DNA of 64,000 bases from Patescibacteria group bacterium (GCA_042568575.1 JBHPIO010000001.1:128001-192000), one strand, 5' to 3'. Counted from the first letter of the stretch, positions 8,203 through 18,820 are shown. The notes: generated from the sequence alone by a model not told the origin. A program made the numbers and translations.

Positions 8203-10974
8203 TTATTTCTTTTTATCTGCATCTTCCTTCTTTGGCGTCTCCGGCTTTTTCTCAGCAGCAGGCTTCTTATCCGCTACAGGCTTCTTTGGCGCATCACTCT
8301 TCAGCGCAGGTTTCTTATCACTAGGCTTCGCTTCTGGAAGTTCTCTCTTTGGTGGCGGTGAACTCCATCTTTTAATTTTATCCTCAACCATCTCACGTTT
8401 TGATGTATATCGTTCACGAACTACTTTCAAAATCTTATCACGACGACCTTCTTCAACATCATACTCGGGCGGTGGCAATGTATCGTACGAGAATGTCTTT
8501 GATGGCATTCCATCAACCAGAACCTTACTGTACGCGGTATATTTGCTCAAATTAACTAAATCGTTCGGAAGTGCCTCTTCACCAAACTGCGAAGATAGAT
8601 ATTCAGCATCATCAAATCCAACCTGGAATGAAATTGTAGATCCCACATTACCAAACACAGCATCACGAACTTCATCCGGCATTTGCGCAATATACTGATT
8701 CGCCATTGTTAAATTCAAATGATATTTTCGAGCCTCGGAAAGAATTGTCGCAAACGACTCTGTAGCAAAATTCTGGAACTCATCCACATATAAATAGAAA
8801 TCTTTACGATCTTTTTCAGGAATATCAGCACGACTCATCGCATCGATCTGGAACTTTGTAATAAGCATCGCACCAAGAAGCTGCGAATTGTCTTCACCAA
8901 GTTTACCTTTAGATAAATTCACAATAATGATCTTTCCACGATCCATCGCAAATCTCAAATTAACAGTTGATTTTGGCTGTCCCACAATATTTCTAATAAT
9001 TGGACTCGCAAGGAACTGACCCACTTTATTCAAAATAGGAGAAATCGCCTCAACACGCATTCTATCCTGCATAACTTCAAATTCCTTTTCCCAGAAAGCC
9101 TTCACAACTGGATCTTCAATCTTGCGCACAACTTTACGTCTAAAATCACGATCCTGAAGGATTCGCGTAATTCCAAGCATCGTTGTATTCGGATATTCAA
9201 GTAACGAAAGAATTGTGTTCCTTAATATATGTTCAAGACGTGGACCCCAACTATCCGCATAAATCTTTTTAAAGATTCCAACAAGTCCGGAAGAAATAAT
9301 CGTATTTAAAGAAGGATCAGCTGTTTCCAGCATATTAAACGCAATAGGGAAATCACGATCTGAAGGATCAAACACAATCACATCATTTGTTCTCTCCGGC
9401 GGGATATAGTTCAAAACAGCATCGGCAAGATCTCCATGAGGATCAATCACACCAACACCTTTCCCGGCCTTTATATCTGAAAAAATCATATTCTCGAGCA
9501 GAGTCGTTTTACCCATCCCGGTCTTCCCAATAATGTACATGTGACGACGCCTATCTAACGTTTTGATTCCAAATGTTTCCTTAATTCCTCTAAAGTTTGT
9601 TCGCCCAAGTGTTGTAAGCTCTCCCTGCTCCCTTCCAAGTATAGGAAGATCAACAGGCGGCTCAAGCTTTCGCGATTTCACCCAATAAATGTTTGGTGTT
9701 GAAACCGACATATTCGGTAAATGATAAATTGTCGCAAGCTCCTCAACATTCAATACAAAAGGATCATCAATCACACGATGACGATACCTATCAATTGCAT
9801 CTTTGCCTTTAATATATTGTCCGATTTTAAATCCGTTTAATTGCGGTATATTAAACTGTTTAAACGAACCTGCAATTTCCCGAAGTTTAATTTTTGCAGC
9901 CTCTGGGTTTTTATCTTTTTGAACATAAACTATTCTGATGTTTGCTTCATAAAGCAGCTTAACTACCTTATCCATCGCAGCAGAAGTTGAGGTTTCTCTT
10001 TCATGACTTCTTGAAGTTAAATCTTCGATATCCTGCTCACTACCACCCGAATCTGCAGTACTCTGAAAAGACATCTTAGTACCAGCCTTAAGTCCATGAA
10101 TCCACAAAATAAAATAAACAGGAAAGAAAACAATTCTCTTTAATCTGCTTCGTGTACAAAAAACTCTAGTGTAAGCCTTTTGAAAAGTCTCAATGTTAGA
10201 CCAAATTCCTTTTCCGACTATACGAACACATTTTGTAAAAAGAACTCTCCATTTATCAGAAAGCGGACGAACAACAACCTGCACCCAGGCCTGCTCATTT
10301 ACATCATATAGTTTCGCAAGCGTTGCTGTAATTCCCGAAATCGGATCAACTGAAGTTCTTGTAATCTTATCTTCCAATTGAACGTAACGTTTTACCGGGA
10401 AAATATCCGGATCTGTAAAAGTAAGTTCAACTCCAACACTATTCTTATATAGATCATAATTCTCAAAATGCCTTTTCTTCTGAATTGGTGGAAGGCTATC
10501 TATAGCAATCATTGCCTTTTCTTCTGTTTGATGTGCCTGACCCACAACTGGAGCCTGCGCAATCTCAATTTCTTGTGGCGAAGCATAATCCTCTACTTCA
10601 TTGATCTCGACATCAGGATATTGCGCATAAATCTGTCCTTCAATAAAATTCTTATATTTTGCGGGAAATGAGAAGTAAAATTTAATATGACTTCCGATAT
10701 TCGCAATTTCAAGACTTATCCTGTCCTGAGAAGCACCAAACAATCGTTTCCAAAAAGATATCTTCTTGTATATTCCGTGAAGCGACGAAAATATCTGCTC
10801 GGCTACAATTGGCCCTGTTTCGTTTTCTTTGGAGACGCGCACCTCTAGAATTGTGAACTTTTTTGTGAATTGACGCTTTTCCTGAAGCTTTCTTGCAAAA
10901 AGTTCTAGCAAAATTAGGAGTACGTATACACCTATTAAAATAATTCCGATTGTTGCGATTAGAGACATATCCAT
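8203..10974 (-). CDS. VirD4/TraG/TrwB-like type IV coupling-protein ATPase (CPR type) with N-terminal TM and Lys/Pro-rich tail
   Basis: DRRRHMYIIGKTGMGKTT (Walker A), IDPHGDL, FYLYVDEFQNF (Walker B), SEARKY, ANQYIAQ. Confidence 0.88.
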   Translation of the reverse strand: MDMSLIATIGIILIGVYVLLILLELFARKLQEKRQFTKKFTILEVRVSKENETGPIVAEQIFSSLHGIYKKISFWKRLFGASQDRISLEIANIGSHIKFYFSFPAKYKNFIEGQIYAQYPDVEINEVEDYASPQEIEIAQAPVVGQAHQTEEKAMIAIDSLPPIQKKRHFENYDLYKNSVGVELTFTDPDIFPVKRYVQLEDKITRTSVDPISGITATLAKLYDVNEQAWVQVVVRPLSDKWRVLFTKCVRIVGKGIWSNIETFQKAYTRVFCTRSRLKRIVFFPVYFILWIHGLKAGTKMSFQSTADSGGSEQDIEDLTSRSHERETSTSAAMDKVVKLLYEANIRIVYVQKDKNPEAAKIKLREIAGSFKQFNIPQLNGFKIGQYIKGKDAIDRYRHRVIDDPFVLNVEELATIYHLPNMSVSTPNIYWVKSRKLEPPVDLPILGREQGELTTLGRTNFRGIKETFGIKTLDRRRHMYIIGKTGMGKTTLLENMIFSDIKAGKGVGVIDPHGDLADAVLNYIPPERTNDVIVFDPSDRDFPIAFNMLETADPSLNTIISSGLVGIFKKIYADSWGPRLEHILRNTILSLLEYPNTTMLGITRILQDRDFRRKVVRKIEDPVVKAFWEKEFEVMQDRMRVEAISPILNKVGQFLASPIIRNIVGQPKSTVNLRFAMDRGKIIIVNLSKGKLGEDNSQLLGAMLITKFQIDAMSRADIPEKDRKDFYLYVDEFQNFATESFATILSEARKYHLNLTMANQYIAQMPDEVRDAVFGNVGSTISFQVGFDDAEYLSSQFGEEALPNDLVNLSKYTAYSKVLVDGMPSKTFSYDTLPPPEYDVEEGRRDKILKVVRERYTSKREMVEDKIKRWSSPPPKRELPEAKPSDKKPALKSDAPKKPVADKKPAAEKKPETPKKEDADKKK

Positions 10975-11015
10975 CTAGTAGCTCTCGTTATTAAGAGTAT
11001 GTCTCCCCTATTATT

Positions 11016-11471
11016 TTATTTCCCCTGTTTCCCTGTAAGTAAGTTTAGATAATTTTGAAGAATAAGTGAAGCGGCAATTATATCTTGCTCTTGTTTTTTA
11101 ACATTTTTCTTGGATTTTCCGCTCCCTTTCACTCCAAGAGTGTATAATATAGCATCACTTTCCGCACTTGTCAACCGCTCATCGTTATAATTTACTGGCA
11201 AGCCAATCTGACTCTCTAAAACATCTCCGAATTGTTCTACTTTACGTGTTTGTGCAGTCTCTTCGCCATCCATATTTAATGGCAGACCAATAACTATTTC
11301 AACCACTTTTTCACTATCGCAAATCTCCTTAATTTGTTTAATCACAGATTCCCGTGATTTATTTTTAATTAAAACACGGCCAAAAGCGACTGTTTGTGAT
11401 TCATCACTAATAGCGACCCCAATCTTGGCATCGCCATAGTCAATTCCAAGGACTTTTCCTTTATCTGGCAT
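11016..11471 (-). CDS. ruvX: YqgF/RuvX pre-16S rRNA-processing nuclease
   Basis: LGIDYGDAKIGVAISD, IVIGLPLNMDG, DERLTS, AASLILQNYL. Confidence 0.93.
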   Translation of the reverse strand: MPDKGKVLGIDYGDAKIGVAISDESQTVAFGRVLIKNKSRESVIKQIKEICDSEKVVEIVIGLPLNMDGEETAQTRKVEQFGDVLESQIGLPVNYNDERLTSAESDAILYTLGVKGSGKSKKNVKKQEQDIIAASLILQNYLNLLTGKQGK

Positions 11472-11917
11472 TATTTACCTTTTATTTCAACTTTAACCTT
11501 TGCGTGAACTTCGTCTGTAAGCTTTACAGTAACTTTGTGCTTTCCAACAGTCTTAATATGTTCAGCCATGTCGATCTGTTTCTTCTTAAGTTTAACTTTC
11601 CCTTGTTCTTCAAGAGCTTTAACAAGTTCTTTTTCACCAATTGATCCGTAAAGTGTATCTTTGTCAGTTGTTTTTTCTTCAAACGTAATAGTTAATCCTT
11701 CAAGCTTCTTTTTGATTTCTTCTGCATTTTTCACAACTTCTTCTTTTTCTTTAACTGACTGTTCTTGCAATTTTTTAGCCCATTCAAGCAAGTTAGGGTT
11801 TGCAACCTTCGCTACTTTGCGAGGAGCAAGAAAATTTCGATAGTATCCGTCTTTAACGTTTTTAACATCTCCTTTTTTCCCGAGATTCTCAACGTTTTTA
11901 GTTAATATAATCTGCAT
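11471..11917 (-). CDS. rplI: 50S ribosomal protein L9
   Basis: MQIILTKNVENLGKKGDVKNVKDGYYRNFL, LYGSI, IKTVGKH. Confidence 0.96.
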   Translation of the reverse strand: MQIILTKNVENLGKKGDVKNVKDGYYRNFLAPRKVAKVANPNLLEWAKKLQEQSVKEKEEVVKNAEEIKKKLEGLTITFEEKTTDKDTLYGSIGEKELVKALEEQGKVKLKKKQIDMAEHIKTVGKHKVTVKLTDEVHAKVKVEIKGK

Positions 11918-12066
11918 CTTATTTAATATTTAGATTGTAAAAATAAAGCAGGGATACGATAGAGGAAAAACACGTTGTTGTAAATGGAAAATTTATTTAA
12001 ATTTGGGAAAGCTTCCGACCGAAAGGTGGGACGACTGCCGGCAGGAACCTGCGGCGGGACGTACGG

Positions 12067-12267
12067 TCATTTAGAACGACCGGAAGCTTGGGAAGGGCCA
12101 TGAATCGCCCTCGACAGGGAGAAACCTTCTTCTCCCAGGCGCGGGACCTGTGCTCGTAGGATCTGCCATCTCCTTTCGCGCTGTTTTGGAGTTCTGGCAC
12201 TATCGGCTTGATATGCCATCCCCAACAAATTCCATGATCTACACATCAGCGTTCTTTCACTCGGCAT
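12067..12267 (-). CDS. Small basic GC-rich hypothetical protein (66 aa)
   Basis: ATG at 12267 preceded by GAGGAGGTG; promoter TTGACA-16-TAGAAT at 12316-12343; GC-rich hairpins downstream (12010-12060). Confidence 0.55.
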   Translation of the reverse strand: MPSERTLMCRSWNLLGMAYQADSARTPKQRERRWQILRAQVPRLGEEGFSLSRAIHGPSQASGRSK

Positions 12268-12371
12268 CGTCACCTCCTCGAGAAATACATGCCCTTGTTT
12301 ATAGAAACCATACGAATTCTAATAGTTATTAGTAATTTGTCAAGCTCCACCTGGGTGGAATCTAAAATTTC

Positions 12372-14240
12372 CTAATTAAAATACCACTCATCCAGCCTGC
12401 AAAATCTATCTGCAGGGAAAGCCAAATCCTCCATTTGAATACCACTAACTTTCCCGTCGCTGGCATAGTAATAAACCGGTCTGTAAAGGAAAATTGCCGG
12501 AATGTCATCCTGAATAACTTTTGCAAGTTGCTCTGATTTAGCCAGCTTTTCTTCATCATTAAACGTGTTTCGAATTTGTTCAATTAAAGTATCAACCTGG
12601 AAACTTTTGTAATTTGAAAGATTCAATCCAGTTTCTGACGCCTGAGTCGAATGCCAATATCCATAAAGATCCAGATTGTATCCAAGTCCCTGGCCAAACA
12701 AAAGCATGTCGTAGTCACGCGTTCGGATCTTTTCCTGCAAAGTTTCTGAATCGTAAAGCTCGATATTTAATTTAACTCCTGCCTTAGACCAGTTCTCTTC
12801 AAGATAATTAAGAACCGTAGCGGTTTCTGTGTATTTATAAGTGTTCTCCGGATATAAACGTGCAATTAAACGGAATTCCAACACTTGTCCGCCTGCATTC
12901 TTTCGTAGAATAGTTTTTTCCTCTTCTGGAAGTTCTTCCTCGACAGGCTCAGTAACCTCTTCAGTTGCCTCTTCAACGACTGGTTCATCAATCTCGACTG
13001 TATCAGTCTCCGCTGCAACCTCTTCGGTTGTGGCATCCTCAGCTGCCTCTTCCTCACTGGTTGCTTCTTCAGCCACCTCTTCAGCAGCAGCAGCTTCCTC
13101 AGCAGCAATTTCATCTTCTAAAACAAACTCTTTAAATCCTGCGTTATCTAAAAGCTTCATTGCATCATCCATGTTTGCTTTATATCGCCATTCAATTTGA
13201 TTCAAACTTAGAACCGGTGTTTCAACTGGAATCGTATTTGGAATTTGCTCACGGAATGCATCTTTAAAGATTGCCTTCTGTAATGCCTGCCTAACCTTCA
13301 AACTTTTAAGATTAGGATTTTCCATATTCATAAATACCGCATTATACTGCGGCAGAGAGTATCCATATAGAGAGAAACGCGAATCCTGTGAAACAGATTC
13401 AATAGCTTCGTCTGTTAATTTTGCAATCGCATTTATAGAATTTTTATTTTCCAACAAAACTTGCCTTGTAGGATATCCAAAGAACCGAATATTTTGAATT
13501 TGAGGCTTTACGTCATAATAATATTCAGACTGCTCAAGAACAACCTGCGTAACCCCTGTCATTGTATTTATTAAAGGAGAACTAATTTTATAAGGACCTG
13601 TCCCGATCGGATTAAAATTAAACTCATGAGTAAATAAATCCGCAACCAAAACGTCACCTAAAACATGTTGAGGCAAAATTCCAACATTCGTATTTGTTAT
13701 AAAGAAAGAATTTGGCGCGCTCAGTTTAAACGACACACTCATTTCGTCGATCTTGGTAATTTCAATTCCTTCAAAATTCGATTTTAATATTGGATTTTGG
13801 AAATCAGGAGCCTGAACAACATCATGGAAAGTAAAATAAACATCATCCGAGGTAACAGCCTCACCATCATGCCAAAAGAGCCCACTCCTTAAAGTGAATA
13901 TATAAGTTAAATGATCCTCGCTAATCACTACATCAGCCATGTCCGCAACTATTTTCTTTGTACTTGGATCGTATTTAGTAAGACCTGTGAATACTAACTC
14001 ACTCACATCTCTGTCAGACGCATTTAAATCAGCATAAACAGGGTTAATTCTCAATATGCTTGTCTGGAATCCTTCTGTATAAATACCTTCTGCACCTGCA
14101 ACCTGAACACCATATCCAAGTTTTCCATATACATATTTTCCTGCAATCGCTACAAAAGCTACAACAAGAATTATGCTCACGATCTTTTCAACGCCCGAAT
14201 ATGACTTTAGAACGCGGACAAATGTTGAGGGTTTCTTCAT
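12372..14240 (-). CDS. ABC transporter family-5 (peptide/nickel) substrate-binding protein with acidic insertion
   Basis: LVFTGLTKYD, YIFTLRSGLFWHDGEAVTSDDVYFT, PIGTGPY, WHSTQ...GLNLSNY; N-terminal TM anchor. Confidence 0.88.
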   Translation of the reverse strand: MKKPSTFVRVLKSYSGVEKIVSIILVVAFVAIAGKYVYGKLGYGVQVAGAEGIYTEGFQTSILRINPVYADLNASDRDVSELVFTGLTKYDPSTKKIVADMADVVISEDHLTYIFTLRSGLFWHDGEAVTSDDVYFTFHDVVQAPDFQNPILKSNFEGIEITKIDEMSVSFKLSAPNSFFITNTNVGILPQHVLGDVLVADLFTHEFNFNPIGTGPYKISSPLINTMTGVTQVVLEQSEYYYDVKPQIQNIRFFGYPTRQVLLENKNSINAIAKLTDEAIESVSQDSRFSLYGYSLPQYNAVFMNMENPNLKSLKVRQALQKAIFKDAFREQIPNTIPVETPVLSLNQIEWRYKANMDDAMKLLDNAGFKEFVLEDEIAAEEAAAAEEVAEEATSEEEAAEDATTEEVAAETDTVEIDEPVVEEATEEVTEPVEEELPEEEKTILRKNAGGQVLEFRLIARLYPENTYKYTETATVLNYLEENWSKAGVKLNIELYDSETLQEKIRTRDYDMLLFGQGLGYNLDLYGYWHSTQASETGLNLSNYKSFQVDTLIEQIRNTFNDEEKLAKSEQLAKVIQDDIPAIFLYRPVYYYASDGKVSGIQMEDLAFPADRFCRLDEWYFN

Positions 14241-14246
14241 ATACTC

Positions 14247-14462
14247 TTATACAAAAAGATATAAAACTGAACTTGCCACAAAGAGTACCGCAAAAATTAC
14301 AGTCAAATTGAAAAGAACCTTTTCAGCTCCTCTTTTACTAACATGAAATCCTCCAGATCCTCCAAAAGTTGCTGATAACCCAGCACTTCTTTGCTGTGAA
14401 AGGATCGAAAGAATTAAAAGTACTGATACTACGATTTGAAATAGATCTAGAAACGTTTTCAT
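14247..14462 (-). CDS. secG: Preprotein translocase subunit SecG
   Basis: ILSQQRSAGLSATFGGSGG...KRGAEKVLFNLT between two TM helices. Confidence 0.92.
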   Translation of the reverse strand: MKTFLDLFQIVVSVLLILSILSQQRSAGLSATFGGSGGFHVSKRGAEKVLFNLTVIFAVLFVASSVLYLFV

Positions 14463-14470
14463 ATTTTAAT

Positions 14471-14836
14471 TTATTTAAGAATAATGTTTTGCGCCCAGTT
14501 TATTAACCCGAGTACGATTCCTGCAAGCAAATAACTACCAATTCCAGTGAATACTAAAGTAACATCCTGAAACGCCATTGTATTGATAACCCACTGAGTA
14601 AGAAACAAAACTATCGCGTTGATTACAATCAAGAAGAGTCCAGCAGTCAAAACCACAAACGGAAGAGAAAAAATCTTCATAATCGGCTTAATAAAGGCAT
14701 TTATTAGCCCAATAATAACACCACCAATAATAAATAGTTTGAGACCACCTGTCCCAGTTACTTCATCAAGGAATTCGATTAACACATAAAGTGTTACTGC
14801 GTTAAGTGCTATACCTATTAATATGCGTTTAAGCAT
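14471..14836 (-). CDS. 4-TM phage-holin-family (YvlD-like) membrane protein
   Basis: GLINAFIKPIMKIFSLPFVVLTAGLFLIVINA signature. Confidence 0.85.
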   Translation of the reverse strand: MLKRILIGIALNAVTLYVLIEFLDEVTGTGGLKLFIIGGVIIGLINAFIKPIMKIFSLPFVVLTAGLFLIVINAIVLFLTQWVINTMAFQDVTLVFTGIGSYLLAGIVLGLINWAQNIILK

Positions 14837-14924
14837 GTCCTATGAGGTTTAATAAATAGTCGAGTGAAAGTATAGGGAAAATAGAGAAAAAATTCCAGTA
14901 GTTTTAATAATTATTAAAAAATTC

Positions 14925-14952
14925 TTGACGAATATCGAATTAGAACTATAAT
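14925..14952 (+). promoter_or_regulatory. sigma70-like promoter TTGACG-16-TATAAT
   Basis: Near-consensus hexamers upstream of the GC-rich ORF at 15044. Confidence 0.6.
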
Positions 14953-15043
14953 GCGGCCAGTTGTAAATCTAAGCTCTTCGCAACTATGCGAAGGTGCAGG
15001 ATTCATGCATCGCTAATTCACAAACAGGACACGGAGGGAAAGA

Positions 15044-15340
15044 ATGCAGCGTTTCAGGATTGTGAACCATCAGCAAAACCCCGACATGACAGCACTAAGT
15101 CAGAAGAAAAAGAAGTTGCGCTTCTCATTTGCCGTCCAAATCGATGCGGGTGGCAAAGATCGACCGCCCATCACGAAGATGATCACTGTGAAGGCTTCGA
15201 CAGTGACTCGCAAGAACGGGAAATTCGTGATCAAGGCGCAAGTCCAGAGCTCGTCAGCCGCAGAGATCGCCAAAGGTGCGGCCGTGAAAGTGAGCAGCTA
15301 CAGCCCCAACCTCAAAAACGGGGATCTTACGGTCAACTAG
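15044..15340 (+). CDS. Small basic GC-rich hypothetical protein (98 aa)
   Basis: GGAGG SD upstream of the ATG; GC3-rich codons in this frame; hairpins in the 5' and 3' UTRs. Confidence 0.65.
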   Translation: MQRFRIVNHQQNPDMTALSQKKKKLRFSFAVQIDAGGKDRPPITKMITVKASTVTRKNGKFVIKAQVQSSSAAEIAKGAAVKVSSYSPNLKNGDLTVN

Positions 15341-15484
15341 ACCACGGCTCACAGCGCCACTTCAAACGGACTCGGAATGCAAACACCCTTTAACTGCGTA
15401 GCGGTGCCTATCCAGCGGCACACAACCACAAAAAAATCACAAAAGCGGATTAGATTGGAGGATGTGCCGCTTTTTGTAATACGT

Positions 15485-18400
15485 CTACTTCTCCCTCCTT
15501 ACTCCAAGAACAACTTTATGTCCGTCAACTTCAACGGTTTCTTCTAATTCCCACGTAAATTCACTTCCTTGCTGCAATTCAAGTCCAAGGGTTTCTCGTT
15601 TAATGTAGTCAGCAAAATCAGTTACGGCTTGTTCGACATCTCCATCTGTTTTCACCTGAACATAGATGCGCTCAAACACCTCAAATCCCGCTTTCTTACG
15701 CATTTCCTGAATGTATCTGATGATTTCACGAGCATATCCTTCCGATTTTAATTCCGGCGTTATTGTTGTATCTAAAACAACAACAAATCCTGCTTCACCT
15801 TGGACGTCATATCCTTCTTTTCCTTCAAATCCAACTTCAAACTCGTCTTTTTCCAAAGTTACATCGCCAACTTTTATTCGTCCATCTTCAAGCTCTTCAA
15901 AATCACCAGATTTTACCGTTTGGATAATTTTTTGAACATCCTTTCCATGCTTTGGTCCAAGTTTTCGAGCATCCGGCCTAACAACTTTAGTAACGATATC
16001 CCCTACTTCAGTTAACACGTGAAGCTCTTTAACGTTTAGCTCTTCCGTAATAACATCCTTTGACGCCTCAACTATTGCATGATTTACGCTATCAGGCAGA
16101 CCAATTTGAACCTTAGCAAGCGGCTGACGCACCTTAACTCCACTTTTTGCCCTAACACTATGCCCAAGATTCACAATTCTTCTAACAACAGCCATTTCTT
16201 CATTGAGAGACTTATCAATCTTTTTCTTATCCGCAACAGGCCAATCACACAAATGAACCGACTCTTCACACGCCTTGCATGATTTGCTCAAATTTCTATA
16301 CATCTCATCCGCTACAAACGGCATAAAAGGAGCAATCAATTTTGAAAACTCTTTTAACACAACGTAAAGAGTTTGATATGCCTCGTTCTTATCATCATCA
16401 TTTTCCGATTTCCAAAAACGCCTTCGACTTCTTCGGATATACCAGTTCGACAAGTTATCAACAAATTCAATCATAGGACGAGTTCCTTTTGTAAGATTGT
16501 ATGCATCTAATTCCTTTGTCGACTCTTCAGTTAACTGGTGAAGCTCAGATATAATCCACTGATCCAATTTATGCTTTGGCTCAAAATCTCCATTTATCTT
16601 TCCAGGATGCCATTTGTCGATATTCGCATAAGTCACAAAGAAACTGTACGTATTCCATAGTGTTAATAAGAATTTCTTTATCATCTCATCAACATGCGCT
16701 TCCGAGAAACGAACATCTTCCGCAAGTGGCGCAGTCGACGAATAAAGGAAGAATCTAACTGCATCAACCCCTCGAGTATCAAAAAGCATATTCGGATCCG
16801 GATAATTCTTCTTTCGTTTTGAGAGTTTTTCTCCATCCGCAGCAAGAAGTATTCCGTTTACAATCACATTTTCAAAAGCCGACGAATCAAACAGGATAGT
16901 TGCAATCACATGCAGTGTATAAAACCATCCGCGAGTTTGATCGAGCCCTTCTGCAATAAACTGAGCAGGGAAATTCTTTTCAAACTCCTCTTTATTTTCA
17001 AAAGGATAATGAAGCTGCGCATACGGCATTGATCCACTTTCGAACCAACAATCAAGCACTTCGGGAATTCGTTTCATAGATTTTCCACACTTCTCACATT
17101 TAAGTTCAACACTATCAATATATGGCTTATGTAAATCCAAATCACCATGGCGCTCCGGGATTTTACCTCCCGATTTTTCCTTAAGATCATCAACAGATCC
17201 AACACAGGTTTTATGATCACATTCCGTACATTCCCAAATCGGAATTGGACATCCCCAGAATCTATTACGAGAAATCGCCCAATCTCGAGCTCCTTCAAGC
17301 CATTTTCCGAATCGTCCTTCCTGAATATGTTCAGGCTGCCAATGAATTTTCTTATTGTTAGCTTGAAGTTTATCTTTGATATCAGTAACACGAATGAACC
17401 ACGACTTAGTTGTAAAATTAAGCAGTGGAGTATCACATCTCCAACAATGAGGATACGAGTGACGATAATTTTCTTTGCTAAACAAAAGCCCTTCTTCGTG
17501 AAGCCACGTCATAATGTTTTGATCCTGACTTTTCACAAATTTTCCTGCCCACGGCTTAACATCATCAACAAAAGTTCCATCCATATGTACGTGTTGAAGC
17601 ACCTCAAGATCATGTTTCTGACCAAGATGCAGATCATCCTCACCAAACGCAGGAGCAATGTGTACAACACCAGTTCCATCCTCAGTCGACACAAAGTCGG
17701 CAAGCAAAATTACGTATGCTTTTTTCTCTAGTTTGCCTTCAAAAAACGGAAATAGAGGTTTGTACTCTTTTCCTTCAAGAGATTTTGGATCAACATCTTC
17801 CAAAACTTCATAAGGTGTATCCCCCATCACTTTTTCAACTAAATCTTTTGCAAGAATATATTTCTCATTTTCTACAGCAATTTTCACATATTTAACATCT
17901 CCTCCAAACGCAAGCGCAACATTCCCCGGAAGCGTCCAAGGAGTTGTTGTCCATGCAAGAACAAAGGTGTCCGACTCATCTTTTAATGGAAACTTAGCAA
18001 TCACAGAAAGATCCGTAACATCTTTGTATCCCTGACTCACCTCAAAATTCGATAAAGGCGTCTCGCATCTTGGACAAATGTGCATACTTTTGTGCCCCTG
18101 GTAAACCATATCTTTATCCCAAATCTGCTTAAATACCCACCAAATCGATTCCATGTAGTTATTCTCCAGTGTTGCATAACTCTCGCTTGTATCAACCCAT
18201 CGTCCGATTCTTCTTAGGAGCTTTTCCCATTCTTCCGTATACGTAAACACACTTGCACGACATTTGTCGTTAAAGTTCTCCAATCCATATTCTTCGATTT
18301 CTTTTTTACCTGAGATTTCTAGTTCTTTCTCAATTTCATATTCAACAGGAAGTCCATGACAATCCCAACCATTTGTTCGTGGAACGTAATATCCCTTCAT

Positions 18401-18637
18401 GGTCCAGTATCTTGTGACTGCATCTTTTAGAGCATTAGCAAGGATATGTCCGTAATGAGGCAGACCATTGGCAAATGGAGGCCCATCAAAAAACACATAC
18501 TTCTTCCCGCTTTTTCTGCGAACTACAGATTGCTCAAAGATGTGATTTTCATCCCAGTATTTGAGCATTGCCTGCTCCATATCTGGGAATGACTGCTTTG
18601 CATTCACATCATTAAATGGTTGTTCGTTATTGTTCAT
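15485..18637 (-). CDS. ileS: Isoleucine--tRNA ligase (type 2, long form)
   Basis: DGPPFANGLPHYGH (HIGH), GWDCHGLP, WTTTPWTLP, DWAISRNRFWG, EGLDQTRGWF, KLSKR (KMSKS). Confidence 0.97.
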   Translation of the reverse strand: MNNNEQPFNDVNAKQSFPDMEQAMLKYWDENHIFEQSVVRRKSGKKYVFFDGPPFANGLPHYGHILANALKDAVTRYWTMKGYYVPRTNGWDCHGLPVEYEIEKELEISGKKEIEEYGLENFNDKCRASVFTYTEEWEKLLRRIGRWVDTSESYATLENNYMESIWWVFKQIWDKDMVYQGHKSMHICPRCETPLSNFEVSQGYKDVTDLSVIAKFPLKDESDTFVLAWTTTPWTLPGNVALAFGGDVKYVKIAVENEKYILAKDLVEKVMGDTPYEVLEDVDPKSLEGKEYKPLFPFFEGKLEKKAYVILLADFVSTEDGTGVVHIAPAFGEDDLHLGQKHDLEVLQHVHMDGTFVDDVKPWAGKFVKSQDQNIMTWLHEEGLLFSKENYRHSYPHCWRCDTPLLNFTTKSWFIRVTDIKDKLQANNKKIHWQPEHIQEGRFGKWLEGARDWAISRNRFWGCPIPIWECTECDHKTCVGSVDDLKEKSGGKIPERHGDLDLHKPYIDSVELKCEKCGKSMKRIPEVLDCWFESGSMPYAQLHYPFENKEEFEKNFPAQFIAEGLDQTRGWFYTLHVIATILFDSSAFENVIVNGILLAADGEKLSKRKKNYPDPNMLFDTRGVDAVRFFLYSSTAPLAEDVRFSEAHVDEMIKKFLLTLWNTYSFFVTYANIDKWHPGKINGDFEPKHKLDQWIISELHQLTEESTKELDAYNLTKGTRPMIEFVDNLSNWYIRRSRRRFWKSENDDDKNEAYQTLYVVLKEFSKLIAPFMPFVADEMYRNLSKSCKACEESVHLCDWPVADKKKIDKSLNEEMAVVRRIVNLGHSVRAKSGVKVRQPLAKVQIGLPDSVNHAIVEASKDVITEELNVKELHVLTEVGDIVTKVVRPDARKLGPKHGKDVQKIIQTVKSGDFEELEDGRIKVGDVTLEKDEFEVGFEGKEGYDVQGEAGFVVVLDTTITPELKSEGYAREIIRYIQEMRKKAGFEVFERIYVQVKTDGDVEQAVTDFADYIKRETLGLELQQGSEFTWELEETVEVDGHKVVLGVRREK

Positions 18638-18660
18638 ATTTTTAAATTATTTATAAATAC

Positions 18661-18820
18661 TAAAAACGCCTTCAATAGTTTTCAAGGACGAGATCATTTC
18701 GATCCGCGGTACCACCTTGATTCCTAATAGGAAGGCACTTAATTTTGATTTTGTAACGATGTTTTCTCATCGGAAGATTCTACTCTTGTTCGCTAATTAT
18801 GCGAACAATTTCTTCCCTCT
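18661..18820 (-). promoter_or_regulatory. Ile T-box riboswitch (transcriptional) with compact Stem I
   Basis: T-box AAGGTGGTACCGCG (18705-18718) whose antiterminator closes with CGTCCTT; alternative terminator CGTCCTTGAA..TTGAAGGCG-TTTTT; Stem I GGGAAGA...GAATCTTCC with ATC specifier (18776-18778); Stem II-like GAGAAAAC..CGTTA. Confidence 0.85.

Noticed and set aside
8203-10974. Conjugative element (ICE) inferred from VirD4-like and PrgI genes
   Set aside because: The genes are 38 kb apart among housekeeping genes with no relaxase or integrase; such genes are common chromosomal residents in CPR.
14471-14836. Prophage inferred from the holin-family gene
   Set aside because: No phage genes are nearby, and this 4-TM family is commonly chromosomal; here it is co-oriented with secG.
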